Source: Lama guanicoe
Taxonomy: Eukaryota
Length of the DNA: 64,000 nt
Assembly (NCBI GenBank): GCA_013239625.1
Contig: MU053594.1
Coordinates: 1,024,536 to 1,088,535 of the forward strand
Direction of reading: 5' to 3'
The translations under genes and the position numbers were made by a program. How positions within the stretch are numbered: position 1 is the stretch's first letter; the number at the start of each line of letters is the position of its first letter. Below are positions 26,356 through 40,610 of this stretch, in pieces. Under the pieces are notes generated by a model. The model worked only from the letters and a program-made list of their open reading frames with translations, searched no databases and was not told where the DNA came from.

Positions 26356-27561
26356 CCCTTTTGATAAAAATAAAAAGCTCACACCTACCTCAAGACCGTG
26401 ATATGCTGCTTCTCCATCCCTACATAGATTCCTTCCTCGAGAATCATTCATCTCTAGAGAACGTGCAAAAGCCTTGGCTCAGCTGGCAAGAGAGTTCAGG
26501 GTCTGTCCCCTTATCTCCCTTTTCCAGCTCATCGCCCTCCAGTCCTATGCTCTCACCAGGATGCATCCCTGTGAACTGCAGAGGACTGTGCCTCTGTGCA
26601 CAACAGCTCTGCCCTCTCTTTCTCTTCCTTTGCCTACTCCTGCTGGAAGAAACTGCCCAAGCCTTCCCAGATCCTCTCAGGTCTCCCACAGCACCTTCTT
26701 TGCCCTAAAAGGGCAAAAATTACCACCACTCTGAATTGTCCAAAAGGATAAAATCCATGCTGGACTCTCCCAGCCCACAAACCCTGCCATCAACCAAGCC
26801 TGCATTATATAAAAGCTCAAGAAAGTCTGAAAACAAAATTTCAGTGGCATAAAATTTCAAGGTGAAACAGATGGCCGTGGGTTATCCAAAAGAAGTTTCA
26901 TCTACTTAGGGCAATAAAATTCTAGCATAAATATGTGCTACTGATCTTTAAAATGCTACTAAATACCATATTTAACATTTCATTTGACTGCAAATGTCTC
27001 AAAGATAGGGATCATACTTTTCTGATTTAAGCCTTTTTTATTATGAAATATAATACATATAAGATAATGCATCACATGAAAACATATGGCTTAATGAATT
27101 AATATAATAAGAAAACCCAAGTAGCCACAACCTAGTTCAAGACATAGAACATTGTTAGGGCCTTAGAATCTTGCCACATGACCCTCTCCAATAATAACCC
27201 CTTCCCTGCAGGTACTTATCTTTACGGGAGTCCATGTCTTTGAAAACTAGAGCACTCCATCCTGGTTAGGCAACTGAAGACTTATGAAAGAATAAAGTGA
27301 TGTTCAAGCTTTTACACCACGGACTCTCATGGTATGTCATCAACACATGTGTTGAGTTATGCTCAGTTTCACACATCGATATTTTATACCATCTTCTGTT
27401 TCATCGACCAAAATTAATTTTAATAAAATAACAAAATTTCAAGTGTTTGGTAATTTCACTTTGGCTTTCATAGATTCCACTGGGGGAAAAAAAACTCAGG
27501 TTTGCTTATTTCTATCCAAATGCTATATACCATATACCAGCTATGTATGTGTGTGTGTTTA

Positions 27562-28740
27562 TCAGCTTTATTGAGATATGATTCACATATCATACAATTA
27601 ACCCATATAAAGTATATAATTCAATAGTTTTTAGTATACTCAGCTTCCAAACCAGTACCACACAATCTATTTTATTTTAAAACATTTCATCATCCCCCCA
27701 AAAATCCTGTACCCATTAGCAATCACTTTCCATTTCCTTCAACCCCCCAGCACTATGCAACCACGAACCTATTTTCTGTCTTTATGGATTTTCCTATTCT
27801 GTACATTTCATATAAATGGAATCCTACAATATGTGGTCTTTTGTGCCTGGCTGCTTTCACTTGGTATAATGTTTTCAAGGCTCACCCATGTTACAGTATG
27901 TATCAGTACTTCATCTTTTTTATTTCTGAGTAATACTTCATTGTATGGATATACCACATTTTGTTTATTCACTTACCAGTTAATGGACATTTGGGTTGTT
28001 TCTAATTTTGACTATTATTAATAATGCTGCTATGAACATCTGTGCAGAAGTTTCTAAACACATGTATGTGTTCACACTTAAAAGAGTGAAACTTCTGGTT
28101 CATATGGTAACTCTGAGATCGGCCAGATTATTTTCCAAAGGAGCTGTACACCATTTTACATTCCCATCAGCAGTACATAAGGGATCCAGCTTCTTCATAG
28201 CATTGCTAACACTTGCTTGTATGTCTTTTTTTTAAGTATGGTTGTTCACAATATTATGTTAGTTTCAAGAGTACAGCATAGTGATTCAGTATTTTTGCAG
28301 ATACTCCAGTATGGCTTATTACAAGCTCATGGCTATCTCCCTCGTGTTGTCAAGTGCATCCTTGTTGTTTATCGATTTTATGCACAGTGGTTTGTATCTC
28401 TTAGTCCCATACACCTAATTTCTCCCTCCCCAATTCCTTGTCCCTTTCGGTGACCATAAGTTTGTTTTCTATATCTAAAAGTCTGTTCTGTTTTGCATAT
28501 ATGTTCATTTGTATTATTGTTTTAGATCCCACACATAAGTGACAGTGCACAGTATTTGCCTTTCTCTGACTTACTTCGCTAAACATAATATTCTAGTGGG
28601 TATGAAGCAGCAGAATATTCTAGTGGGTTCATCCTATTGGGTATGAAGTAATACATCACTGTGGTTTTGATTTACATTTCCCTGATGGCTAATGATGTCA
28701 AGAATATTTTCCTATGCTCATTAGCCACCTGTATATTAGC
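27562..28740 (-). mobile_element. Older L1 3' fragment carrying a nested younger L1 (~28225-28590)
   Basis: cagctttattgagatatgattcacatatcatacaatt start. A second L1 terminus (tttttaagtatggttg) begins at ~28225, and the host element resumes at ~28630. Confidence 0.8.
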
Positions 28741-29766
28741 TCTGGGTTTTTCGTAGATGCCCTTTGTCAGACTGAGGTAGTCCCTTCTATTCTTAGTTTA
28801 CTGAGTGCTCGTATCATGAAGACGTGTTGCACCTTGTCAGATGCTTTTTCAGCCTCTACTGGTCCTACTTTTTCAAGCTACATCTTGGCTACTTCCATTT
28901 TTCACAACAACATCCCCAATACACACTAAAAGTCTATGGAATATTCTGCATTAGCCCAAATGAAACACAATTTCCATATACGTGAGTATTGTAGAAAGCA
29001 ATTCAAATAAAATATAAATGGTATCATCAGAGGATGTGTGTTCAACTGTCAAATAAGCAAATCTGTACAGCATTAAAGAAGGCAATAAAAAGTATTTGTG
29101 CTGATAATCAAATATACCTAAGCCAAGTGGTTTTTAGTAAAACCTGTGTGCAACCTTTTAAATCAGTTAACCACCTTCTAATATTTAACAAAATCATTTA
29201 GAACAATAAGCTTTGTGTCCATGATTACACATAATCATTCTGTCAAAAGATGTCCACACGGATAACGGTACACTCCCTCCCTTGCAAAATTCGAAGTCTA
29301 ACTGGGAATGCCATAGATTGCAGAAATTTTTCCCTCTTTTTTTTTCAGAAATTTTAAAAAGATGCTAAAAAACATGGAAAGGATATGAGACCAACTCAAA
29401 GTAACAGACCACCAAAATAACTAATGTACATGCTGGGGTTCTGGAAACTCTCTTGGCTCACATGACTGGTACCAGCTAGAATCGACTAGAACTGAGAGGT
29501 CAGGAAAAGGCTTCATGGAGATGTGTTTTATCAGGGAAGAAGGGAAACACAGATGAGCTAAAAGTAGCTCATCTAATGAGATCTTATTAAAAGAAAGCTT
29601 CAATAACCTTAAGAGCATTTCTGCTGTTTACTCTTAATGTTTATTTTTAACCAATGAGTCTTAAAATACAATGAAGCAAACATGTCATTATTAAAGTAAT
29701 TTCAAGTATACCACTGAAAATCAATTTGGGGGACAAATGATTGCTGCAAGGTGTTAATTAACTCAC

Positions 29767-30210
29767 ATATTTTCTTAAAAAATACTACTACATAAACCAC
29801 TTAATTTTTTAACATGCATCTCCACCCTGCCCCCCACAAAACACAAAGATTCAGATTTGTTTTGGTTCGTGTTTAATTCTCCTGAGATTTCCAAGATCGC
29901 AAATACTGCCAACATCTCAGTTTAACTCTTTGGGGATACAAAATGGGGGAGGAGCTTCCAAAATTTCAGAGATCCACAGGATCGCAGATCGCATCCGAGG
30001 AAGATGGGGCACTTTCCATCCCAGTGTCCAGGATCCTAACACACTGGGACTGCACCACATGAAATGCAGTGGCCGAAAGGGACTCTTTTTCCACAAAACA
30101 CTGCACTAATTCTCCAGCATTCAGCTTTTCCACTTGAATGGAATAAAAACCCTTTTGAGAACAACAATTACAATCCCCCCATTTTTTTCTCAGGCGCACT
30201 ATTGGACTTC
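29767..30210 (-). other. Candidate alternative first exon in a unique, CpG-retaining block
   Basis: Minus-strand CCAAT at ~30201-30205, octamer atgcaaat at 30225-30232, and donor AAAATAT|gtgagt at 29767/29766. Confidence 0.3.
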
Positions 30211-30645
30211 TCAGTGCATGCACAATGCAAATAAGGCGAGCTTCCTTTCACAGAGTGATTAATATGCAAAGACAGCCTGCTTTTTTAGGAGGATGTGAAG
30301 AACCACCAACAAGCTTTTCTAAACCCAGAGGTTTCTACAATTATTTCCACTGTTTATTTTTAAACAGAAGAGTACACAATAACACCAAGCCGCTTTTAGC
30401 TCTAATTTGCCAGTATTTTGTAAACAATGACAATTTAGATTTTTAAACCTTTTGTATCATATTTAAGTCTGTGGCCAATCATTGATTCCAATATATTAAT
30501 TTTCCCCCAAATCTAGGAAACTCACTTGTGTGAAACAAGATTCAAGCTATACTTTCCTTTTGCAGAAACTGTGCTTCATTTTTAAATAGCAAGACCTGTC
30601 TGGCATATACATTTGGCAAACTCATGATTTTTAAAATGTATTATA

Positions 30646-31041
30646 CAATGCCATCTGCAGCAACATGGATGGACCTGGAGACTGTCATTCTAAGTGAAAT
30701 AAGTCAAAAAGAAAAAAAAAAGACAAACTTATTTGCAAAACAGAAACAGACTCTCAGACATAATCAGACAAGAGAACAAACTTGTGGTTATGGGGGGATA
30801 AGTTGGGAGTTAGAGATCTGCAGATACTAACTGATCTATAAAGAATAAATAAACAATAAGTTCATACAGTATAGCACAGGGAACTATATTCGATATCTTG
30901 TAATAACTTATGGTGAAAAAGAATATGAAACGAATACATGTATGTTCATGTATTATTGAAGCACTGTGCTGTACATCAAAAATTAACACAGTATTGTAAA
31001 CTGACTATACGTAAAGAAAAATACATATATTAAAATTTTTT
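30646..31041 (+). mobile_element. L1 3'UTR fragment with 11-bp TSD
   Basis: aatgccatctgcagcaacatggatggacctggag...; TSD aatgtattata at 30635-30645 and 31042-31052. Confidence 0.9.
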
Positions 31042-31565
31042 AATGTATTATAAATTTCAAAAAAACTAAGAAATTACATTTCAGTGGTTAGCCATCTAAC
31101 TTATAGGTAGGTACTTTTATAATACTCATGACTTTTCTAAATTATTGTTAAGTTCAATATAAGGCTAAGTTTTGATAGAAAATTAAATGAAATTTATTTG
31201 ATGAAACAATGTCACAAAGAAAATGGAATCTCTGTACTACAGGTTACATACATATACATATTTAACCTCAATAAAATAATTTAGGAAGCATTTCTAATCA
31301 CATTTCCTTGGTGATTTTTACCAAATTGTCCAAACTATCAGATATGATAGAAGACTTTCCTTACTATAATTCTCACTTGTCTCTTTTTTTTTTTTTTTGG
31401 CCTTTCTCCACCTACATAGTCTCAGGAAGAGATTCCAGTCATACAGCTACTTGACATTTCCACCTAATATTTCAAACAAAACACCATTAACAAGTCAAAC
31501 GTTTTGCTCTAGATGTGAATTTTTGCAATTCAATGTATTAAACATCAAAATGTAAATTGATTTTT

Positions 31566-31670
31566 TAATTGAAGTATAGTCAGTTACAATGTGTCAATTT
31601 CTAGTGTGGCACATAATGTCCTAGTCATGCATATACAGACATAACTTCTTTTTCATAATCTTTTTATTAC
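31566..31670 (-). mobile_element. Extremely truncated (~100 bp) L1 3' terminus
   Basis: aattgaagtatagtcagttacaatgtgtc; imperfect TSD taaattgattttt / taaatcaattttt. Confidence 0.8.
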
Positions 31671-33879
31671 TAAATCAATTTTTGTGTTTTTTTTAAAAAA
31701 ATACCTCTATAGTTATAGTTTTACGATAAGATGTTATATACAGATGAGACTATGATTTCAAATTGCATTTCAGTCAAAATATTTGAAAAATATTTGTTGG
31801 TCAATACTGATTATGGCCTAAATCAAACCCATCTTCTTGCCAGCAGACCCAAATCCCAGGGCAGGTGATATTGGCCAATGAGGAACTGATTGTGACATCT
31901 GCACACCGTCAGTTTTCTTCTAGGACAGATGTTAGCATTATTTCAGGGGCATCAGAAAGTCATTCAAGAGACTTTTGTTTCCTTGTGAAGTTGTAGCATC
32001 TAACTAGTGCAAGTCACTTACATGCCTAGATTCTCCAGGCAGCCAGATACACAACCAACTCCACATTCATCACCCCCAGACGCATTGCAGGTTTATACTG
32101 TTCTCGTCTCTGCTTTTAAATTCTAAATTAAGAAATTTGCAGTTATAAAAGAAACAGAACTAACGTATCTGTTCTAGTCTGTAAGTAAATAAAAAGACTA
32201 AAGCGAAGACTACATTAACAATGGAACTCATCATTTTAAACCTCTCCTGTTGAGTTTGTTAAAAGAGAATTTAATTTTGAACCCACTTATTACAAACAAA
32301 AAGGTTTAATATTTAGAAAGGCATCCCAACATTGTTAAAATAATTATACATATTTATGACTTATGTTTTCTTAAAATATGCCCCATTATACATTTATTGC
32401 TATAATATTTAAATAATGTAACCATCTGAGGTGGTCTTTGATAGCTATTCTCTTAATATTGCACAGGGCAGCAAAAACATAACACAGAGTCATGTACTGA
32501 TTTACCTCCCAGGGATTTCAAGAGGGTCTTCTGTAAGTATCGCTAGAAAACCAACTATTAAATGATTACTCAGGTTTCTTATTTAGATACAAAATTATTC
32601 TTAAATACTTAAATCAATTAATGTGTCAAATTTTTATCTTCTAAAAAATAATGCCTTTATCTAACTTGGCTGCAAAGAACTATAAACCATAAATATATTC
32701 TTTTTAGGAGAAGGGAGGAAGGGGAATGAACTGTCTGCATGACCAGCTCTCTTAATTGAGTCTGACCAGTAATTTAAATTCTTATTCCAAAGCCAATTTA
32801 GCTCAAAATGACCTCAAACTGTAATCGAGGGCATCTAACAGACTCATTTTCAATCTCTTATCTTCAAAGAATACCACGCAATGTCCCTTTTTTGCTTCAT
32901 TATGACAGATGGCTTTCTTTGATGAAAAATTTAAATTTTAAACATGTCATGAGTAACTTTAAGTTACATACACAAGAGGGAAAATATGCGAAAGGAATAA
33001 ATAACTGAGTTATCTTTTTCTGACATTTCAAGATTGTCTCTGATGTCATTCCACAGGAATAAATATTACACATGTAACCAAAAACAGTGTAGAAAGGAGT
33101 TTAGGGTTTTTTGACAAAACAACTGAAAATAGTCATCTTGCACCTCTAACTCCTAGACCAACTACACGGAACACAGGAGGTATTCCATAAATACTAAATT
33201 AAGTGAATGTTCCTAGTAAACGTTTCTGTTACCCAACAAGTCTGAGACATGGCCATTTACAGATGTGTTCATGAAACTGCTCTTATCCTGGCTAATGGCA
33301 TCACAGCCAAGCCCATGTCTTCATGCCCAAAAAACACGGGATCTCAGGCCACCCTGGAATCTTCTGAGGACTCCTCAGTTCAAAAAAGGCTCTTCAAAAA
33401 TCTGAAACTGGCCCTAACTCCCTGAATTGTCAATTCCCTTGAAGTTGCTTTCACATTCATCTTCTTAGGTCTTTGCCTTTGATGCTCCCCTGGAGCATTT
33501 ACCTCTTCCTTTAAGACCTCAGCCAGTGTCTTTCAATCTCAAAAATTCCATACTACAACATGTGAGATAAAAGAGTTCAAAAATCGGCTTTGACTTGTAG
33601 CAATTATGAACCCTGAAAGAGACAGGTCATCAGAGGGTTCTCACAGTCTGCTCCAAAATTAAAGCCAACAGTTCTTCTGATATCCCCACTCCCTCTCACG
33701 CCACTAACTTCAACCCAACACACACACACACATACACACACCTATAGCCCACCGGAGGGTAGGAGCCATCTATCTCGTCTCCCATCCCACATTCTTCTTC
33801 ACTCCAACAAAAGATGGCATTTTTATTAATGGAGACGTTAAATCACAGGGACCTTGTTCTTGGGGATAACAGAGCACTA

Positions 33880-34910
33880 CTGAGAAATGTCCCACTGAAA
33901 GATAGGAAGATTAAATAAAATCTTGATGATGATAAAACACCCCCAAACCATTTCTCCCACTCAGCTTAGACAGAAAGAAGTCAGACTTATCCCCTATACT
34001 CTGCAAAACGCTGGACTCTGTTCAACTGATCAGCTCAAGAGAAAACGCAGGTACTCATGAGTGGCTGCCAATGCTTCTACCCAGTGGACCAGGTCTCTGC
34101 ACAGTCACCTTACAGTGAATCATCCACATGGAGCTTCCCCACAGCTTTGCACTGTCTCACTCCTAATAACTAATAGCCAGCCAAGGACCATGAGAGTTTG
34201 ACAAATGAAAATGAAACAATATGAAACACAGCGGAGACACTAAATGGAACAATAAAGAGGGATGCAGAAGAAAAAGAGACAACACAGGAAGCAAGGAAAA
34301 TTTTCTAATGCACTCAGCAATGTAAATATTGTTGCATCAAGAAATAAGAAGAGGGGGAGGGTATATATAGCTCAAGTGGTAGAGCACATGCTTAGCATGC
34401 ACAAGGTCCTGGGTTCAATCCCCAGTACCTCCTCCAAATATAAATAATAAAATAAATAAACCTAATTACCTCCCCCCTCATAAAAAAAGGAAAAGAAACA
34501 AGAAGAGAATACACCAAAGAGACATTCAGACCACAAGAAAGAGCTCTTAGAAATGTTTAATACTTTATATGTTTTATATGTTATATACATCAGCAAAAAT
34601 GGAAAATTCAATAGAATTATTGGCAAAAAGCTGAGAAAACCTCCCATAAAATAAGGGATGGGGGCTGGGTGGGACAAAGGAATGAATAATAGGAGAGAAA
34701 AGATAAGAAAAATTAGATGATCAATCCAACTTCTGAATAAGAGCTCCAGAAAAAACATAAAAGAGACATGAAAATATCAAATAAATGATGTAGGAGTATT
34801 TCCCATCCCTGAAGGACATAAATTTCTAGACTAAAATGGCCCACTGAGAATCTGCCCCAACAAATGAAAACAGACCTACATCACGGCACATCACTGTGAA
34901 ATTTCAGAAT
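33880..34910 (+). mobile_element. Ancient HAL1/L1ME-like ORF1 remnant, interrupted by a SINE
   Basis: aagagctcttagaaa; ggcccactgag...aaacagacctacatcacggcacatcactgtgaaatttcagaa. Confidence 0.55.
34354..34492 (+). mobile_element. Vic-1-type tRNA-derived camelid SINE with 15-bp TSD
   Basis: A box (tagctcaagtggtagagc), B box (ggttcaatccc) and A-rich tail with cctaattacctcccc. TSD aagaaa(t/c)aagaagag at 34339-34353 and 34493-34507. Confidence 0.9.
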
Positions 34911-35649
34911 GCTTTCTGTGTTCCTGAGTCTGCTTCTTATAATTTTTCCATCCATTCAAGTTACTACATCTTCTCACCATTGGTGTACCTGTACCCAGAA
35001 GCCATGTTTCCTTGATTCTAATCTGAAGTAGGAGTCTTTATAAATGTGGCCGAATCTAGGAAATTTTTTAAATTACAAGTATATGGACCCTTTCTGAATA
35101 AAGGCTTAAGGGCTTCCTTATGAGTCAAGAGCATACAATTCAGTGCATGGACTCTGGGGATATTTCATTTGGCTATCCAGAGGCTTCATCCCTTCACTTC
35201 TTTACGCTTAATGATTTATTCTTCATGTTTCAAAAAATAAAGATTGCCAGACAAAGGACTTCCATATTCATGAAGTATCACCAATATAATCCGTCTCAGC
35301 AACCATGGCATAAATATATTAAATTTTATGGCTCCACCATTGACAGGTTTAATATTAACTCTATGCAAATAGAAAGTAGAATCTATCTAAGCCAATTTGT
35401 TTTTTAAACATCTACTTTTCTCGAACTCAGGATGACTTTGCTTTCACGGGAGGTAAAGCAGGGAAGCAATCAGCCATGTCATTTCTAACTCAGTTGCAAC
35501 CCATCGTGATCCCAAACTCTCAGAGGATGCAAAATAAGTGGGAAAGAATGTGATTCTAATTATAATCAATCCTTAAATCCAACGCGAATTGTACACCCCT
35601 TCGCTGTGAACTTTAGTAGAAAGAAGGCAAACGGGAAAAAAATGACTGC

Positions 35650-35820
35650 ATGTACTCTGTGCCAGACAGCTGTATAAATTACCTCATTTTGTCCTGACAA
35701 TAACCCTTTTAGGTGGGTATTATTATCCCTGTCTCACAGATAAATAAACTGAGTGCTGGAGAGATTAAACTACTGGCTCAAGGTTACTGAAAGGAGAGCC
35801 ACCTTTCAAAATCAAGTTTG
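35650..35820 (-). mobile_element. MIR SINE
   Basis: cctcattttgtcctgacaataaccct...attatccctgtctcacagataaataaactgag...gagattaa. Confidence 0.75.
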
Positions 35821-37592
35821 ATGTCGAAACTCATGGGGCCCCCCCTGCAGTGTGCACTACCTCTGAAACACCAAAACGAGGCATTAAGAAAGGAATATAA
35901 TTTATATTATAACTTAAATCAAAGTGCTTATACTGGATTTGCATCTTCTCATAACCACGACAGCAGATCTTTAAGGTTTCCATCTGTGCCCTGAATCTCA
36001 TTCCCATATACCAACTGCAGTTCAACTGGTGATTGGTGGCATCTCATGTGGACAGAATGGACACTTGCAGATGACATAGGAATAAAAGAACATTAGAAAA
36101 GTGATCAGTCTTAACCATTTCTACTCCCTTGTCGATCTGATAAAAGCAATGCAGCCAATGTGAGACGTGCTGAACACACTTCAAAAGATTTTGCATGAAG
36201 AGTAATGGCTAATGGATCTGGGGTTTCTTTGGCAATAATAAAAATGTTCTGAAATGTTTAAAAAGGTGTGTGCATTGCCTTTCCAACCTCTCCTGGCTCT
36301 CTCCTTCGACGTGCAGGACACGTGCCCACATGGCCCTCAGCTTGAAGCCTCCCCCAATCTAACACACACCTCTTCCTCCCTTCTTTTTGGCCAAGTGTCC
36401 TGGATTCTATGAACTTGAATTTCACTCTCCAGCTGAAATTACTCTAAGATCACCACTGTCCTCCAAATCCAAAGTGTCTACTTGAGTCTCAGCCCTCCTT
36501 ATGATCTTACCCCCACTAAGCACTGCTGTCCTCTTTTTTTATTGCACTATTTGTTTTACAATGTGAATATAAAGCAAAATATGCTCATTAGAGAAAACTC
36601 AGATGGTATAAATGGTATAAATTTTTTTCTTTCAGTTTTAAGACATGAAAGAGACTTTTTCAACCAAAATTGAGATTACACCTATAACGACCATTTGTTT
36701 CCAACTTTTTTCCACTTAACATTATGATCCTTCTCTAACCTAGGCATTCACACCGCGAGGCTCCGGCTCCCTCCTTTTGTTCAATATCACGTTCTAAATT
36801 ATGGACAAGATACCATTCTGGATGCTAGCTACATAAATACTACAAGATAAATGTTTCCGGGTGTGATAAAGACTCCACAATGTACCGGTTGTAATTCATA
36901 CTGTTTTCTCTCTACCGAAAGAGGAAAAACTATAGACGACTGATTTCTCAGTCTTCCTGGTCTCCGCAGCTGGCCTTCCTCCAGCTTCCTCCCAAACTCG
37001 CAGCAAGTAAGGTACCTCATCCACGCTAAACCCCTCCATCCCTCCTTTAAAGCCTCCTTCCGCTCAGCTCTGCTTACCCCGGGAAGAGCTCACCGGTCTC
37101 CTCTAGCGCCCACGTGAGCTTTATCCTGCCTCCACAATCAGAGTCACGCATCTGGCTTTAAACGCTACCTAGAATGCCCAGTTATCTTTTCCTTCTCTAC
37201 ACAGTAAGCTCTCTTACTATCAAGGGATTGCACTTGAGAGTTTTTGTTGTACAGTTTTACATTGGCAGCTAACAGATTGCAGAGATGCTCAGTAAGTATT
37301 TTTGCTGTCACTGCTTCTCCCTCTCCCCACCAAACCCATTAAATCTCTATTCTGTACCTTCTCTGCACTACAGACAGTTTTACAATCTTTTTAGTCCTAT
37401 ATTCCTCCATCTGTGACATTAGCTTTCTAACTCTTTTGACTTGAGCCATAACCAGATAGATATTTCCCATCACAACCAGGTCAACAAAAGTTTCACAAAA
37501 CAATATCTACCCTTACTACATAAGATATCCTCTCTTTTCTATTCTGTTCCATTACTTCTTTCTTCCTTTTGTTCCTCCCTTTCTTCTTTTTT

Positions 37593-37750
37593 TTTTTTAA
37601 TTCTTTTTATTGTGTTTCTTTTTTTTTTTTTTTTGGGGTGGGGGTAACTAAGTTTTTATTTATTTATTTTTAATGGCGGTACTGGGAATTGAACCCAGAA
37701 CGTTGTGCATGCTAAGCAGGTGCTCTACCACTTGAGCTATACCCTCCCCT
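37593..37750 (-). mobile_element. Vic-1-type SINE
   Basis: gtactgggaattgaacccag...gctctaccacttgagctataccctcccc; TSD ctttcttctttttt at 37579-37592 and 37751-37764. Confidence 0.9.
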
Positions 37751-38289
37751 CTTTCTTCTTTTTTAATGCTAGTAGACGCCAACTGAATAGACTTTACCAC
37801 CCACAATTGAAAAATCCTGACCTACAAGTTAACATACTAGGATGCCAAATTTTACCTAAAACCTAAGGTGTATAAAACTGAGGTGATCCATCTTTCATCC
37901 AAGAAACGCTTTTCTCAATTCCCCATCATACTGACAGTACCATGATTATTTCACTCCCTTGGTTTTGTAACTTAAAAAAAAAAAAAAAAAGAGGTTCTCT
38001 CTCTCAGTCATCTACCATTTTGGACCTATCATCTACTTCTTCTGGTTGATTTGTCATTTCCAACATGTCAGCTGTGTGTCTTTTTTACCCTCATTCAAAC
38101 CCATTACAACTGTATCTTTCCAAGATGATCTGCTTTATAAAATATACCACAGTTGGATTTCTTTAACAAGCCCCTCCAGCACATAAAATTTAATTTTTTT
38201 AAGACTTTTCTGCTACATGTCTATTAATAAAAGATAGAGTGGTGAAGATTTTGGGTTTGCAGTGCATTTTGCATTTATTATTTGATTTG

Positions 38290-38400
38290 ACTGTCATATT
38301 CAAATGAGGAAACTGCTGTTCGAAGATATTAAATAACTTACACAAATTCACTAGGCTAGTTGGTAGCAGGGCCAGACCTTGAATCCAAATCTTTTTCATC
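38290..38400 (-). mobile_element. MIR SINE
   Basis: caaatgaggaaactg...attaaataacttacacaaattcact...ttgaatcca. Confidence 0.7.
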
Positions 38401-40182
38401 TAAGCCCAACAACACCCTTTCCCCACATATGTCTTCCCACCACATAAAGCACAACACTTACTAGATTTTACTAGCCTTCAAACTAGCTTGAACTGGCTCT
38501 CCTGTCTCTGAGCCTCTGGGTTCTCCATCATCTAGCTGATTTTTCATAAAGTAGCAAAAATCCTTTCATTAATTCACTATTCTGTCCAACCACCATAGTG
38601 GTCACTACGTAAAACCAAAACTCTCTTTAAGTACTGCAATGATCTCTACTGATTTGCTCCAACATACTTCTCTGCTAATTCATAGCTGACATCAAACACA
38701 GAGCCTACTTTTGCTACTGTTGACTGTACTCTTAAATACTTTTTAATGATTTCTCTAACATCTCCAGCAGCACCCCCTCCTTCGTCTAGCATTTAAGATT
38801 TTAGGAAGACCTGTCCCAACATCCAGCCTGCCGTCACTGCTCTCCAATATCAATCCTCTAGCTAGATGCCTCTCCTCCTACAAAGAACAAGGTCCTTCCT
38901 CGTCTCATTTATCCTTACGTCCCTGGAACTTCTGTTCAAGGACTAGCTTTTCCACATCTTTTTTCCAGACATTAAAACCAACCAAGATGGTTTCTGCCTT
39001 TTTGAACAAGCCTCACAATTATTTCCTGCCTCCTTTAAAGCAGTTATTCATAGGGTACCCTTCACGATTTCCTAACTGTCTGAACCAAGTAAGCATTTTC
39101 TCCCCAACCATCCGAAAGCCTCTGCAGGACCAGTATAATATGCTGAAATTTACGTTGTTTTTCCCCTCAGCCTCCAGCACAGAACTCTGCACATTATATT
39201 CACAGCACACCTGTTTAATAAACATTTTAAATAAAATCTCCATGCAGGAGGAGCTTTTTAAAAGCTACAGCGTATTAGCTGTTTTACATACGTGATTTTA
39301 TTTAAGCTCCCATAAGGGAGGTGTCATTCTCCCCACTTCAGAGGGGAAGCAGGCTCAGAAGGGCAGTGACTCGGGGAACGTCAGTGGCAGTGAACTCAGC
39401 CTAGATCTGTCATGACAAGACTCCAAAGTTCTTGATGCTTCCCTCCACCTACCACACCCCGCTCACCTCCAACAGACCAGTCAGTCCAGAAGCCAAGCAA
39501 ACTCACATTTGCTTGGCATGTCATGTATTCTGATGCTATATGACTTCAAATTATCCTAACTTTAGGAAAGGTTGAAATGCAGCCAGTGAGTGTAGTCATG
39601 GTCCCAGCTTTACCTGTGTGAGTCACTTAACCTTTCCCAGCCTGTTTCTATTTTCAAGACCTAACACAATCTGGCCTTAGAGAACGTTTTTCTCCTCATC
39701 TCTGGCTACTTCTTCCCAAATGCCCTACGCTGTTCCCCAAACACAACTGTATATATTCGTGTCTCCACGTGTTGCTCTGCAGAATCACCTCTTCTTCCTG
39801 CTCCATCTAGCGAAGGCAAACTCATGCCCCACGCCCAGCTCACGGCCCCCAACCAGCAGAGTTAATTGCTTCCTTCCTTGTGCTCCAATGGCATTTAATT
39901 CGCGTCTCTTATTTATAAGGCTAGTATTACCTCTCTCCCACACTGGATGGTAAACTCTAGACACAGAGGCGTCTCTTACTCGACTCCACAACCTGAAACT
40001 CAGCACAATTCCTGCAACTATTTGACCACCGCAAGGTTTCAGGAAGGTTTGCTGAATTAAGGAAGTCGGGAATATTTGTTGTGATTCAACCAATGTTTAC
40101 TGAATTAAGCGGTCAACCAACCATGCCTTAAAATGAGTTAAAATGAGAATACCATCTGTCCTTCCTACTTCACAGAGTTTTG

Positions 40183-40324
40183 CTTTTGTTTGTTTTTGGT
40201 TTTTGTATTACTTAATTATTTTATTTTGGCAGTGGTTGGGGGAGGTAGTTAGCTTTATTTATTTTTAAAGGGATTGAACCCAGGACCTGGTGCATTCTAA
40301 GCATATGCTCTACAGCCCTCCCTT
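40183..40324 (-). mobile_element. Degenerate Vic-1-type SINE
   Basis: ggggaggtagttag...gggattgaacccaggacctggtgcattctaagcatatgctctac. Confidence 0.8.
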
Positions 40325-40334
40325 CAGAGTTCTT

Positions 40335-40610
40335 CTTTTTTCAATTTTACTTATTTATTTATTTTTACTGAAGTATAGTCAGTTACAATGTGTCAATTTC
40401 TGGTGTATAGCATAATGTTTCAGTCATACATATACATACATATATTTGTTTTCATATTCTTTTTCATTATTGCTTACTACAAGATACTGAATATAGTTCC
40501 CTAGGCTACACAGAAGAAATTTGGCTTTTATCTATTTTATATATAGAAGTTAGTGCCTGCACAGCTTAAACTCCCAGTTTATCCCTTCCCACTCCTTTTC
40601 TCCCCAGTAA
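40335..40610 (-). mobile_element. L1 3' tail with 10-bp TSD
   Basis: actgaagtatagtcagttacaatgtgtc...; TSD cagagttctt at 40325-40334 and 40611-40620. Confidence 0.88.

Noticed and set aside
34354..34430. tRNA-like gene (A and B boxes)
   Set aside because: It has an A-rich tail and a 15-bp TSD, and two related copies occur in the window, so it is a SINE rather than a tRNA gene.
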